Shown one piece after another: positions 1 to 9,844 of a DNA stretch of 64,000 bases. The stretch covers positions 13,211 through 77,210 of the forward strand of contig CAWBKA010000025.1 in NCBI GenBank assembly GCA_963789065.1, in the 5' to 3' direction. Each line of letters opens with the position of its first letter. Within the stretch, counting starts at the first letter, position 1. The notes under the pieces are model-generated. The model did not search any database, was not told the DNA's origin, and was given only the letters and a program-made list of their open reading frames with translations. The position numbers were made by a program, and so were the translations under genes. The DNA is from an uncultured Verrucomicrobiae bacterium. Lineage in GTDB: Bacteria; Verrucomicrobiota; Verrucomicrobiia; Chthoniobacterales; JAFAMB01.

Positions 1-504
1 TCCGATCACGTTCGCACCAAGGTGCTTAGCCCACTGCACCAGCAGGCCTCCCATCCCTCCCGCAGCTGCGTGAATCAAGACGAAGCTGCCGGGCACAGGT
101 GGCCGGAATTCGTGGATCAGGTAGTGTGCCGTCATGCCCTGCAGCGGGAAGGCCGCTCCTTCCTCAAATGTAAATTCCTCCGGTAGAGGAATCAGGCGTT
201 CGGCATCGGCCAGGATGGCTTCTGCATAGGCACCCGGCAAACCGGTAAACGCCACCCGATCGGATGGCTTCACGCTCCGGACGCCTTCGCCAACGGACTC
301 CACCACGCCCGCGCCTTCCAGGCCCGGCGTGAAAGGCACCTCGCGGGGATAAGTGCCGCGCCGCTGGCCGACGTCTACGAAGTTCACACCCGCAGCTACG
401 ATGCGCACCACCGCTTGACCTGGGCCCGGCGCCTCGATGGGCGCGACCTCCACCAGTTGCAGCACTTCGGGTCCGCCTTGTTTTTCTACTCGAATGGCTT
501 TCAT
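1..504 (-). CDS. qor: NADPH:quinone oxidoreductase (zeta-crystallin/MDR family), 3' end runs off the window
   Basis: Manual translation from ATG at 504: MKAIRVEKQGGPEVLQL...AAGVNFVD...PFTPGLEGAGVV...VLIHAAAGGMG (Rossmann motif). Confidence 0.88.
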   Translation of the reverse strand, partial: MKAIRVEKQGGPEVLQLVEVAPIEAPGPGQAVVRIVAAGVNFVDVGQRRGTYPREVPFTPGLEGAGVVESVGEGVRSVKPSDRVAFTGLPGAYAEAILADAERLIPLPEEFTFEEGAAFPLQGMTAHYLIHEFRPPVPGSFVLIHAAAGGMGGLLVQWAKHLGANVIG

Positions 505-537
505 AACATCGCTCATTTTTAGCTTAAGATAATGCGT

Positions 538-1200
538 CTAGGCAGCACGCCATTCTGGTTTTCGCGCTGCGCTCGCCTCCAAAAGTCCTTTCCGGACTCC
601 CTCCGCATCGAGGTTAGTTCCATAGACCGGCGTATCGGGCTGCTGTCGCCAGGACTCATCCAGGCTGCCGGCATCAACGCCATCGAATCCAAGCTGATCG
701 ACAAGCTGCAGGACGACCGCTTTAGCTTCATTATCATCGCCAGCTACCGGCAACGCAATGCGCCCAGCGGTGCCTTTAGGCTGCCCCAACTCCAGCAAGT
801 GTTGAGCTTGGATATTGTTGAAAGCCTTGATCACGGGACGGTTCAGCTGCTGGGCAACCCAGCGGCTTTCCGTCGTTCCGGCTTCGATTGCCTCGATACG
901 GCCGTCGCGTTGTTGCGGGTAATAATTGCCGGTATCCACGATGACAACCGTATCGGGCGTTGTCGCGAATAAGTCGCGAGGCAACTTTGGAATATTCTTT
1001 TCAGGGATTGTCACGATGACCACTTCTCCACTCCTGGCCGCCTCGGCAACCGACACGGGCTTTGCGCCGGTCTCCGCGGCCAATTCGGCGAGACTTTCGG
1101 GACCCCGTGAGTTTGCCACTGAAACATGATGCCCGAGGGCGGTTAAACGACGAGTAAGGGTGCCACCAATTTCTCCTGCGCCAATAATGCCGATTCTCAT
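538..1200 (-). CDS. NADP oxidoreductase, coenzyme F420-dependent family (F420_oxidored)
   Basis: MRIGIIGAGEIG, ANSRGPESL, VDTGNYYP, KAFNNI, GFDGVDAGSLDESWRQQP. Confidence 0.88.
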   Translation of the reverse strand: MRIGIIGAGEIGGTLTRRLTALGHHVSVANSRGPESLAELAAETGAKPVSVAEAARSGEVVIVTIPEKNIPKLPRDLFATTPDTVVIVDTGNYYPQQRDGRIEAIEAGTTESRWVAQQLNRPVIKAFNNIQAQHLLELGQPKGTAGRIALPVAGDDNEAKAVVLQLVDQLGFDGVDAGSLDESWRQQPDTPVYGTNLDAEGVRKGLLEASAARKPEWRAA

Positions 1201-1335
1201 ATTTCTCCTTCAGAAACGATCTATCCTATTTCATTGCTGTTTCCGACTTGAATTTAATGGACGCTGGCATTCGCCAAACCATTTTCGGTGATCGAGGGTT
1301 GGGTAAAAAAAAAATTCAGCCTCGGACGGAAGTTA

Positions 1336-2627
1336 GGGTCTGTCACGAAATAAGTGTATCAATAATCCTTCGAAATTGATACATTGGGGTTAATGGTTGA
1401 TATAGACGCGGTAAAGCGCCGCTTCGAGAGTTTGTTACCCGCAGTGGATGAGCGGATGCGCCGCTTGATTGCCGCGGCGGAGAGTCTGGCCATCGATTAC
1501 GGGGGTATTTCTATTGTCTCTCGTGCCACTGGAGTGTCCAGGCGTGCGATTGCGCGTGGTCTCGTCGAGTTAGGCAATCCTCCGGTGCCTTCCGGCGGAG
1601 CCATCCGCAAACCCGGCGGAGGACGTAAGCGCACAGCCGAACAGGACGAGACGCTGGTGAGAGATTTGGAGTCTTTGATCGAACCGCTGAGCCGTGGCGA
1701 TCCGGAGTCTGCGCTGCGCTGGACTTGCAAGAGCGTGCGCAAACTGGCCCAGGAATTGGGCCGAGGTGGTCATCGGGTCAGCCACCGTTTGGTGGCTGAG
1801 TTGCTGCACGAGTTAGGCTATAGCCTGCAGGCCAACGCCAAGACTTTGGAAGGCTCTTCGCATCCGGATCGCAATGCTCAGTTTGAGCATATCCACCGCA
1901 AGGTCCGGCGCTTCCTCAAGCAGGGTCAGCCAGTCATCTCAGTGGATACCAAGAAGAAGGAGTTAGTGGGGGACTTCAAGAACGGAGGCGGAGAGCTTCG
2001 GCCCAAAGGGGATCCGGAGCAGGTGCGGGTTCATGACTTCGTCATTCCCGAGTTGGGACGGGTCACTCCCTATGGCGTCTACGATGTGGGCAAGAATCGA
2101 GGCTGGGTCAGTGTGGGTGTTGACCACGACACGGCCACCTTTGCCGTTGAGAGCATCCGGCGCTGGTGGCGTTCGATGGGCAAACCCGTCTATCGCCAAG
2201 CTCAGCGCTTGCTGATTACCGCCGACTCGGGCGGGAGCAACGGCTCGCGAGTCAGGCTCTGGAAACTGGAATTGCAACAGTTTGCCGATGAAACCGGCTT
2301 GCACATCTCGGTGTGTCATTTACCTCCGGGCACCAGCAAGTGGAACAAGATCGAGCACCGTTTGTTTTCCTTCATCAGCCAGAATTGGCGTGGCAAGCCC
2401 TTGGTGAGCCACGAGGTCATTGTGAATTTGATTTCCGCCACCACCACTCAGACTGGGTTAAAGGTGCGGGCAAAGCTCGATACCAACGCCTATCCGCCAG
2501 GGGCCAAGGTGTCAAAAAAGCAGATCGCAGAGATCAATATTCATCCCGACTCGTTCCACGGAGAATGGAACTATACAATACGTCCGAATACCTGAGATAT
2601 TTGATACACTTATTTTGTTACGAATTC
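1336..2627 (+). mobile_element. Complete ISAzo13-family insertion sequence with imperfect terminal IRs and TTA target duplication
   Basis: Left end GGGTCTGTCACGAAATAAGTGTATCAA (1336-1362); right end TTGATACACTTATTTTGTTACGAATTC (2601-2627); TTA at 1333-1335 and 2628-2630. Confidence 0.88.
1393..2595 (+). CDS. ISAzo13-family (Rhodopirellula-type DDE) transposase
   Basis: GDPESALRWTCKS, HPDRNAQF, ISVDTKKKELVG, TADSGGSNG, PPGTSKWNKIEHRLFS, FHGEWNYTI. Confidence 0.95.
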   Translation: MVDIDAVKRRFESLLPAVDERMRRLIAAAESLAIDYGGISIVSRATGVSRRAIARGLVELGNPPVPSGGAIRKPGGGRKRTAEQDETLVRDLESLIEPLSRGDPESALRWTCKSVRKLAQELGRGGHRVSHRLVAELLHELGYSLQANAKTLEGSSHPDRNAQFEHIHRKVRRFLKQGQPVISVDTKKKELVGDFKNGGGELRPKGDPEQVRVHDFVIPELGRVTPYGVYDVGKNRGWVSVGVDHDTATFAVESIRRWWRSMGKPVYRQAQRLLITADSGGSNGSRVRLWKLELQQFADETGLHISVCHLPPGTSKWNKIEHRLFSFISQNWRGKPLVSHEVIVNLISATTTQTGLKVRAKLDTNAYPPGAKVSKKQIAEINIHPDSFHGEWNYTIRPNT

Positions 2628-3265
2628 TTAGATGACAGTGTTTGAACTTGCGTCCGCTGCCGCAGGGACACGGATCATTGCGGCCACCGGCGTGCCGCCC
2701 AATTTTCCCGTCGGGCTCCGCCAGCAAATCCATGATGGCCGCTGGCGGTTGGCGCGCGTGGAGCAATTTGGCCATCACCTTCATGTAAGGATCGATGGCT
2801 TTGAAAAAATGTTTGTAACCCGCGCAAAGATAGTTCAGTCCAGGCTCGCCGTCTGGCGTCTTGATGAATCGGTTTTTCGGGCATTCACCATGGCAAGCGA
2901 AGCGCACCTCGCATCGGCGGCAAAAGTTTGGCAAGGCGTCGAATTTCTCGCTGCCGAAATGTCGCTGGCCCGGCGAATTTGCCATCGCGCCCAAGCTCTT
3001 GTTTAAAATGTTTCCCAGCTTGTATTGAGGGTAAACGTAGTGGTCACAGGAATAGACGTCACCGTTGTGTTCCAGCGCCAGAGCCGCGCCACATTTCTCG
3101 GCAAAAAGACAGAGGCTGGAACCCAGGCCCATCCAGTTTCCCAAGGCCACATCGAATAGCTGGACAAAGATGCGACCCACATCGTAGCGGACCCATTCTT
3201 CGAATATCTGGACCAGGAAATTCCCGTATTGTCTGGCTTCCACACTCCACGACGTGACCGCTTTG
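2628..3265 (-). pseudogene. C-terminal part (SPASM + SEC-C) of an anaerobic sulfatase-maturating radical SAM enzyme; N-terminal radical SAM domain absent and last codons displaced by the IS
   Basis: ORF 2512..3330: FEEWVRYDVG, CLFAEKCG, EHNGDVYSCDHYV, CRRCEVRFACHGECPKNR, NYLCAGY, GRNDPCPCGSGRKFKHCH; no CxxxCxxC motif upstream. Confidence 0.82.
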
Positions 3266-3333
3266 CAGCCAGAGCCTTCCCCGAGAAACCTCGAAAGCGT
3301 GAGGCAGACACCTCGCACGCCTGTCGGCATTGA

Positions 3334-3642
3334 TCAAAAATCGTTTCGACTTTCTTCAGGCCGGTCGCGATCCTCTCGCGCACGTTCTCCGGGTTCGTAC
3401 GCGTCGATCTGAATGCGGTCTCCGACCTTCACCGGCGGGCTGGCAAATAAATCGAATTCGGCAAAGCCGCTGTTTCCTACAGAATACCCGGTACAGGCGA
3501 ACTGCTTGAGTGGCTCTCTGAGTTCAATTTCATAGATCTCATCTTTAGCCAAATACGAAACGCTCATTCGCCACAAGGTCAGGAAACTCAAGTCATCAAT
3601 GGGTTCGGTTCTTTTCTTATAATCTATTACTTCAGTCAACAT
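3334..3642 (-). CDS. Hypothetical protein
   Basis: 102-aa ORF with protein-like composition; no recognised motif. Confidence 0.4.
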   Translation of the reverse strand: MLTEVIDYKKRTEPIDDLSFLTLWRMSVSYLAKDEIYEIELREPLKQFACTGYSVGNSGFAEFDLFASPPVKVGDRIQIDAYEPGERAREDRDRPEESRNDF

Positions 3643-3769
3643 TAAAAATCGCGAGGACGCTAAATATAAGTATCAGGGGAGGGAAGCAAGGTCACCGGTG
3701 GCCACGATTAAAACTCCGAATGACTTCAAGAGAAGAGGTCGGCCGATTTCGCGGCCAGAAGGGGAATCG

Positions 3770-3928
3770 CTCGCACGGAGGTCACGGTGGTCACGGAGGG
3801 TTTCAGAGAATTTTTAGAGTTTACTTTTGTTGTTCGATGGATGGTGGCGAGGCACGGCTTAAGAGCGGGATCAACGATTGAGCGACAATTACAAGTATCC
3901 TCCGTGATCTCCGTGGCCTCCGTGCGAG
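3770..3928. repeat. ~160-bp palindromic dispersed element (ACGGAGGTCACGG family) with 30-bp inverted arms
   Basis: CTCGCACGGAGGTCACGGTGGTCACGGAGG ... CCTCCGTGATCTCCGTGGCCTCCGTGCGAG; partial inverted copy at ~54081-54195. Confidence 0.8.
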
Positions 3929-3982
3929 AATTTCCCATCTTCGTCTTAAGTTGCCGAGTGCGGACACGGTGCAAGAAAACTC

Positions 3983-4110
3983 AGCCCAGGGTTTACCCTG
4001 GGTTGGCCGAAATAAACGTTTCGCCCTGAAGGGGCGCGGAATGTGCACGCGATCGGGTTCAAAGGTCCGGAACCGATTCTCGCCGTAGCTGGTGGCCCCT
4101 TCAGGGCTAA
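3983..4110. repeat. REP-like doublet, family A (CCCAGGGTWWACCCTGGG plus GCCCYGAAGGGGC)
   Basis: CCCAGGGTTTACCCTGGG, GCCCTGAAGGGGC and GCCCCTTCAGGGC; more copies near 7980, 11510-11690, 15880-16460, 21790, 47350-47760, 56046. Confidence 0.8.
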
Positions 4111-4119
4111 GCCGGGTGG

Positions 4120-4280
4120 GAAATGTCGTGCTGCGTTTCGGGAGATTTTTAATGACGGTCGAACCAGGGCTGCACTTCAGGTTGCCATACGGTATCGACG
4201 CGGTGACCGTGCTACCGACCCGTCGCCAGTTAAAACTTGAATTCGGCTTCACCTCGCCCACCCCGGCGGAGAATCCCTCA
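4120..4280 (+). pseudogene. hflK: Internal fragment of an HflK/SPFH (FtsH modulator) gene
   Basis: VVLRFGRFLMTVEPGLHFRLPYGIDAVTVLPTRRQLKLEFGF; no TM anchor upstream and no continuation. Confidence 0.65.
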
Positions 4281-4325
4281 AGGCAGCACGGAGAAATTTG
4301 TTCTACCGTTAAAGTTTCTCTTTGC

Positions 4326-4350
4326 ACATACTGATACAGGGTATATGTAT
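4326..4350. promoter_or_regulatory. Possible CsoR operator (ATAC...GGGTAT pseudo-palindrome)
   Basis: ACATACTGATACAGGGTATATGTAT directly upstream of csoR. Confidence 0.35.
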
Positions 4351-4356
4351 ATCAAG

Positions 4357-4644
4357 ATGGAAGATCAAATCCGGGCCAAAGTCCGTGCGCGAGTCAAACG
4401 GATCGCCGGTCAAATCGCCGGTGTCCAGCGCATGATCGAAGAAGAACGGTATTGCATCGACGTGCTGAACCAGATCTCCGCGGTTCGTTCTGCCCTGGAT
4501 GCGCTCGGGGTGGAACTCTTAACGAATCACCTGAAAACGTGTGTCCTCGGAGATAAAAGCAGCGCGCATCCAACCGCTCAACCAATGAAACCCGAGGAGT
4601 TAGTTGAGGAGGTTCATAGTTTGCTAGCTCGATTTTTACGCTGA
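4357..4644 (+). CDS. csoR: CsoR/RcnR-family metal-sensing repressor
   Basis: [36 protein letters not shown]...NHLKTCV (Cys/His/Cys Cu ligands). Confidence 0.9.
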   Translation: MEDQIRAKVRARVKRIAGQIAGVQRMIEEERYCIDVLNQISAVRSALDALGVELLTNHLKTCVLGDKSSAHPTAQPMKPEELVEEVHSLLARFLR

Positions 4645-4655
4645 GGGAGCTCATC

Positions 4656-6989
4656 TTGAACACCAAATCAAACGTAGATTCGCCTTCTATGGCCCACCGT
4701 GACCGCCGAGACGTGAAGACACAGGAGCAAAACGACCACGCTGCGAAAGCTTCCGGCAACGGGGCCAAGTACACCTGTCCAATGCATCCGGAAGTTGTCT
4801 CCGACAAACCAGGAAGCTGCCCAATATGCGGCATGACCCTGGAACCGATGGTGCCAAGGGCGTCTGAAGGCAAGACCATCTACACTTGTCCGATGCATCC
4901 GGAGGTCGAACAGGACCATCCGGGCCAATGCCCAAAGTGTGGAATGACGCTTGAACCCAAGACGGTTGGCGGTGTCGACGAACACGAACAACACGAGATC
5001 CGGTCGGTCTCGGTAAAGTTTTGGGTGGGCCTGGGTTTGACGATTCCGGTTCTGATCCTGGCCATGGGCAAATTTGTTCCAGCTCTGAATCTGCAGACGC
5101 TGATCCCGATGTCGATCTCGAAGTGGCTGGAGTTGATCCTCAGTACACCCGTGGTCCTCTGGGCGGGCGCGATGTTCTTTGAGCGCGGATGGCGTTCCCT
5201 GGTCAATCGCCACCTTAACATGTTCACCCTGGTCGCGATGGGCGTTGGGGTCGCTTATTTGTATAGCGTCGTCGGAGTTGTCTTCCCGGGGATATTTCCG
5301 GATTCCTTCAAGGAAGGTGGTGAAGTCGCTCTGTATTTTGAGGCTGCCACCTCGATCACGGTTTTGGTCTTGCTGGGACAAATGCTTGAAGCCAAGGCCA
5401 GGAGTCAGACGGGTCAGGCCATCCGAGGACTTCTGGGCTTAGCGGCAAAGACCGCGCATCGAGTTCGAGACGGCAAAGAGGAGGAAGTCCCTGTTGAGGA
5501 AATAGGAAAAGGAGACGTTCTGCGGGTCCGTCCGGGCGAGAAAGTTCCAATCGACGGGCTGATCGTCGAAGGCAGGAGCACCTTGGATGAATCGATGATC
5601 ACAGGAGAACCGATGCCGACCGAGAAAACCGTCAACGACACCGTCATCGGAGCCACTGTTAACCAGACCGGCTCTTTTCTTATGCGGGCGGAGAAGGTCG
5701 GTGCGGACACCCTGTTATCTCAAATCGTCCACCTGGTCTCGGAGGCGCAGCGCAGTCGGGCGCCGATTCAAAAGCTTGCTGACACGGTGGCCGGCTATTT
5801 TGTGCCTGCCGTCATCTTGACGGCCATCATCGCGTTTATCGTGTGGGCAATATGGGGACCTGCTCCTGCCATGGCTTACGCCATCGTCAACGCCGTATCG
5901 GTATTAATTATTGCGTGCCCATGCGCGCTTGGATTGGCCACGCCGATGTCAATTATGGTTGGCGTCGGCAAGGGCGCCCAGAGCGGCATTTTGATCAAGA
6001 ACGCGGAAGCGATCGAACGCACTGAGAAGGTGAATTGTCTGCTCACCGACAAAACTGGAACGCTCACGGCGGGTAAGCCTCGGGTGACCAGCGCCATCCC
6101 GGCTTCCGGAGTTGATGAGCAACAATTATTGCGGATGGCGGCCTCTTTGGAGCAGAACAGCGAACATCCGCTGGCGCGCGCGATTGTCGACGAGGCAAAT
6201 GAAAAGAGGATTGCCGTAATGCCGGTTGATGATTTCCAATCCACCACGGGCGGGGGTGTTTCGGGTCGGATCGGTGGTCGGAAGGCGCTGATCGGCAAAG
6301 AAAAATTCCTCGCTGAAACGGGGCTGTCGATTCCGTCAGAATTGTCCGCCAAAGCCCGCGAGCTTCAGGAGAAGGCTCAGACCGTGGTCTGGGTCGCCTC
6401 CGATGGTTCGGTGGTCGGCGTCCTGGGTATTTCGGACCCGATTAAGAAAACGACTCCGGGCGCCATCAAGGCTCTGCACGACTTGGGGCTGAAAGTTATC
6501 ATGGCAACGGGTGATAATCGAAAAACCGCCGACGCGGTGGCTCGAGAACTGGCCATTGATGAGGTTCGCGCTGAACTCAATCCAAAAGACAAAAACGAGA
6601 TTATTAAACAACTGCGCCAGGAAAAATACGTGGTGGCGATGGCCGGCGACGGGATCAACGACGCACCCGCCCTGGCAGAGGCTGATGTCGGGATTGCGAT
6701 GGGAACCGGCACCGACGTAGCCATGCAGAGCGCAGGCATTACGCTCGTGAAAGGCGATCTGGTTGGAATTGTCAAAGCGATCGCGCTCAGCCGGGCGGTG
6801 ATGCGGAACATTCGCGAAAATCTGTTCTTCGCTTTTGTTTACAATGCGTTGGGGATTCCAATCGCGGCCGGCATTCTCTACCCATTTTTCGGGATTTTGC
6901 TAAGTCCGATGATTGCGGGAGCGGCGATGGCGTTTAGCTCGTTGTCCGTTATCAGCAACGCTCTGCGACTCAGAAATTTAAAGCTCTAA
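4656..6989 (+). CDS. copA: Cu(I)/Ag(I)-translocating P1B-type ATPase with two N-terminal heavy-metal-binding (YTCPMHP) domains
   Basis: YTCPMHPE x2, [38 protein letters not shown]. Confidence 0.95.
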   Translation: MNTKSNVDSPSMAHRDRRDVKTQEQNDHAAKASGNGAKYTCPMHPEVVSDKPGSCPICGMTLEPMVPRASEGKTIYTCPMHPEVEQDHPGQCPKCGMTLEPKTVGGVDEHEQHEIRSVSVKFWVGLGLTIPVLILAMGKFVPALNLQTLIPMSISKWLELILSTPVVLWAGAMFFERGWRSLVNRHLNMFTLVAMGVGVAYLYSVVGVVFPGIFPDSFKEGGEVALYFEAATSITVLVLLGQMLEAKARSQTGQAIRGLLGLAAKTAHRVRDGKEEEVPVEEIGKGDVLRVRPGEKVPIDGLIVEGRSTLDESMITGEPMPTEKTVNDTVIGATVNQTGSFLMRAEKVGADTLLSQIVHLVSEAQRSRAPIQKLADTVAGYFVPAVILTAIIAFIVWAIWGPAPAMAYAIVNAVSVLIIACPCALGLATPMSIMVGVGKGAQSGILIKNAEAIERTEKVNCLLTDKTGTLTAGKPRVTSAIPASGVDEQQLLRMAASLEQNSEHPLARAIVDEANEKRIAVMPVDDFQSTTGGGVSGRIGGRKALIGKEKFLAETGLSIPSELSAKARELQEKAQTVVWVASDGSVVGVLGISDPIKKTTPGAIKALHDLGLKVIMATGDNRKTADAVARELAIDEVRAELNPKDKNEIIKQLRQEKYVVAMAGDGINDAPALAEADVGIAMGTGTDVAMQSAGITLVKGDLVGIVKAIALSRAVMRNIRENLFFAFVYNALGIPIAAGILYPFFGILLSPMIAGAAMAFSSLSVISNALRLRNLKL

Positions 6990-7011
6990 CTGGGTTTGGC
7001 GGCGACTCATG

Positions 7012-7072
7012 GTGGCGTGGGCGTCTCGCCCGTGATCTTTGTGTGAGCGCGGGCGAGACGCCCATGTCACAA
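7012..7072. repeat. REP-like doublet (GGGCGAGACGCCC family) after copA
   Basis: TGGGCGTCTCGCCCG ... CGGGCGAGACGCCCA; related half at ~56065-56085. Confidence 0.65.
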
Positions 7073-7317
7073 TGCGAGCCCGACCGCTCACGCGGATTGC
7101 ACGGAATCAAGGGATTTGCACTTTGAGCGTTGCTGGTGAAAGCCGGTTAGGCATTGGCTGAATCGCCGGTTTTCTTTCGCTCGAAGAGAAGATGAATGAG
7201 TCAATGGATTTTCTGTCAAGCAGTCGCACTGGCCCGGGAGTATTTTGGGCGTCGGTATCCCGGAGAGCAACTTTCAACCGCGAATTATTGGGTGGGGATG
7301 TTCGAATAGGACAAATT

Positions 7318-7420
7318 CAACCGCGAATGGACACGAATAGACGCGAATAAAAACTGCATTTGCATCCCATTCGGTTGGCGTTCATTCGTGGTTTTCCAAT
7401 CTTCAGGGCCACGGCGCTAA
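7318..7420. repeat. Palindromic element, family D (CCGCGAATGGACACGAAT)
   Basis: CAACCGCGAATGGACACGAATAGACGCGAA ... TTCATTCGTGGTTTT; same family at ~30560, 32445, 55457-56030, 60660. Confidence 0.75.
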
Positions 7421-7963
7421 ACAGGCTGGAAGCCTATGCTACGTTGGTGGGCGGCGGCATAGCGCGAGAGGGCGCGCGACAAAGTAGCATAAGCATCCTG
7501 CTTGTCTTCTTGCGCGAGTGGGCAAATTCGTTTGCAGCGCTTGCGCCCACGGAGACAGGCTGGAAGCCTAGCTACGCTGCTGGGCGGCGGTATAACGCGA
7601 GAGGGCGCGCGACAAAGTAGCATAAGCATCCTGCTTGTCTTCTTGCGCGAATGGGCAAATTCGTGTGCAGCGCTTGCACCCACGGAGACAGGCTGGAAGC
7701 CTATGCTACGCTGCCGGGGCGGCGGTATAACGCGAGAGGGCGCGCGACAAAGTAGCATCAGCATCCTGCTTGTCTTCTTGCGCGAATGGGCAAATTCGTT
7801 TCCAGCGCTTGCGCCCACGGAGACAGGCTGGAAGCCTATGCTACGCTGCTGGCGGCGGTATAACGCGAGAGGGCGCGCGACAAAGTAGCATCAGCATCCT
7901 GCTTGTCTTCTTGCGCGAGTGGGCAAATTCGTTTGCAGCGCTTGCCCGCACGGAGACAGGCTG
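7421..7963. repeat. Tandem array of four ~134-bp REP doublets (family B, ACAGGCTGGAAGCCTATGCTAC), BIME/REPIN-like
   Basis: Unit starts at 7421, 7555, 7688, 7823 and 7956; each unit holds an inverted partner GTAGCATAAGCATCCTGCTTGT. Confidence 0.92.
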
Positions 7964-8023
7964 CTTGTGTGTATAAGCCCAGGCTTTCAACCAGGTCGAA
8001 ACCCTGGGCCGAATTCTGACAAC

Positions 8024-8872
8024 TTATACTAGCCCAAACTTCAAAGCATGCTGCTTCAAAAATTCCAGACCACGCATGGCGAGTTCTCTGGCTGGATATT
8101 TGCACGGACGCCAGACGCAAGTGGCGCGCATCAGATCAGGATTAATCTTAGCGAAAGCCTCCAGCACCAATGGGCCGGCGTAGTTAATTTCCTTTAGGCC
8201 GGTAAACACATCGTCCCAGTCTACCGTACCTTCACCAGGCAAACCCCGATGACTTTCAGAGATATGAATGTACTCAGCCAGCGGGCCAGCCTCCTTGAGC
8301 GCCTTGCTGTAGCCCTCCTCTTCGATATTCATGTGGTAGGTGTCAAAGTGGATAATCATGTCATCGGCCCCCACTGACCGAATCAGTTCCGCCGCGTCCG
8401 CACCGGTATTGTAGAGGTAGGTCTCGTAACGGTTTACCGGCTCAATTCCCAGTCGAACGCCTGCTTCTTGCGCATAAGGATGCAGCTTCCCGAAAACCTC
8501 GACAATCGTCCTTTTCTCCTCCGAGGTGGGAGGCGCGCCGCTCAGTGTACCCAAATGACAATAGAGACATCCGTTCAGACTTTTCCCGCCGAAGTCCCTC
8601 ACCCGATCTACGCTCTTTTTCAGAAACTCCAACGCTCCCCTTGGATTAGCAGGGATATGCAGATCTTTGGGCAGAGCAAGCGAGGCGGCGCCTTCGAGAT
8701 TATTTTCCGAGAGAAGCTTACCGATCAGGGCCGAGTCGAACTGGTCCGGATTCTGCAAAGGGATTTCGATCAGGTCGAATCCGAGCTCTGCAACCTCCGC
8801 GATGACCTTGGGAGCGAGCTGGTCGTCCCAGCTTCCTTCCAACAAAAAGCCATGAACTCCATATTTCGGCAT
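8024..8872 (-). CDS. Sugar isomerase/epimerase, D-psicose/D-tagatose/L-ribulose 3-epimerase family
   Basis: GIEPVNRYE, HFDTYHMNIEE, HISESHRGLPG, VLEAF metal/catalytic residues. Confidence 0.88.
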   Translation of the reverse strand: MPKYGVHGFLLEGSWDDQLAPKVIAEVAELGFDLIEIPLQNPDQFDSALIGKLLSENNLEGAASLALPKDLHIPANPRGALEFLKKSVDRVRDFGGKSLNGCLYCHLGTLSGAPPTSEEKRTIVEVFGKLHPYAQEAGVRLGIEPVNRYETYLYNTGADAAELIRSVGADDMIIHFDTYHMNIEEEGYSKALKEAGPLAEYIHISESHRGLPGEGTVDWDDVFTGLKEINYAGPLVLEAFAKINPDLMRATCVWRPCKYPARELAMRGLEFLKQHALKFGLV

Positions 8873-8894
8873 AAAAATGGTTTTCTATTTTGTC

Positions 8895-9844
8895 TCACCT
8901 CGTTTTACCGATCAATCGGTCAAGCGTGACCGCTGCAATGATAAGACTGCCCATGACCACGAGCTGATAAAAGGTCTGGATCTGCAGCATATTCAGGCCA
9001 TTGCTGATCGTGCCGATAATCAGGCCGCCCACCACCACCGAAGGAATGCGTCCTTTGCCTCCGAAAAAGCTCGTTCCACCGATGATCGCTGAGGCGATGG
9101 CAAAGGTTTCGAAACCCTGTCCCGCTGCTGGCTCCGCTGCTCCCAGGCGCGCCGTGGAGAGCACCCCGGCGAGACCGGCACAGACGCCTGAAATCATAAA
9201 GACAATCAGGGTATGCAGCTTAACATCAATGCCGGAAAAATAGGCCGCATCACGATTACCTCCCAGCGCGTAGATATTTCGGCCCAGGCGCGTTTTTGCG
9301 GTGACGAACCATAAAATGAGCGCTACGACCAGAGCCAGCATCACCGGAGCCGGAACAAAGAAGATACTTCCCGTTAGTGCGTTGATAAACTCATACGAGA
9401 AGCCAAAGACCGGATTCGCTCCGGAAATGATTAAAGTCACTCCCCGAAATATCGCGTTAGTTCCCAGCGTGATAATAAACGGGTGCAGCCCAGTGAAATT
9501 AACCAATACGCCATTGATCGCGCCAAGGGCGATACCGACTATTACGCCGCCAAGTAACACCGCGAACACCGGATGGACACCAGCGACCATTAATTTGCCA
9601 GTCGTCATCCCGGTAAGTGCGAGGATCGAGCCCACGGATAGGTCGATGCCCGCGATGAGAATCGCGAAGAACTCACCGAGAGCAATCAGAATGGTAATCG
9701 AACTCTGAACAAATATTTGGACAATATTGTCGGGTTTGGTAAAGATCGTGCGGGCGAAAGAGCGCTGAAGAAAACAACAATGATAACCAGGATGCAGAGA
9801 GTTCCGTATTGATCCCAGAATGTGGCCAGTCGTTTTCGATTCAT
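8895..9844 (-). CDS. alsC: D-allose ABC transporter permease (one apparent frameshift near 9750)
   Basis: FWDQYGTL, FVQSSITILIALGEFFAILIAGIDLSVG, GLHPFIITLGTNAIFRG, GGTSFFGGKGRI; closely resembles E. coli AlsC. Confidence 0.88.

Noticed and set aside
7421-7963. Possible CRISPR array
   Set aside because: Whole 134-bp units are near-identical with no unique spacers, and there are no cas genes; it is a REP tandem array.
7360-8120. Several small ORFs with repeated peptides
   Set aside because: They are by-products of the DNA repeat and change frame between units.
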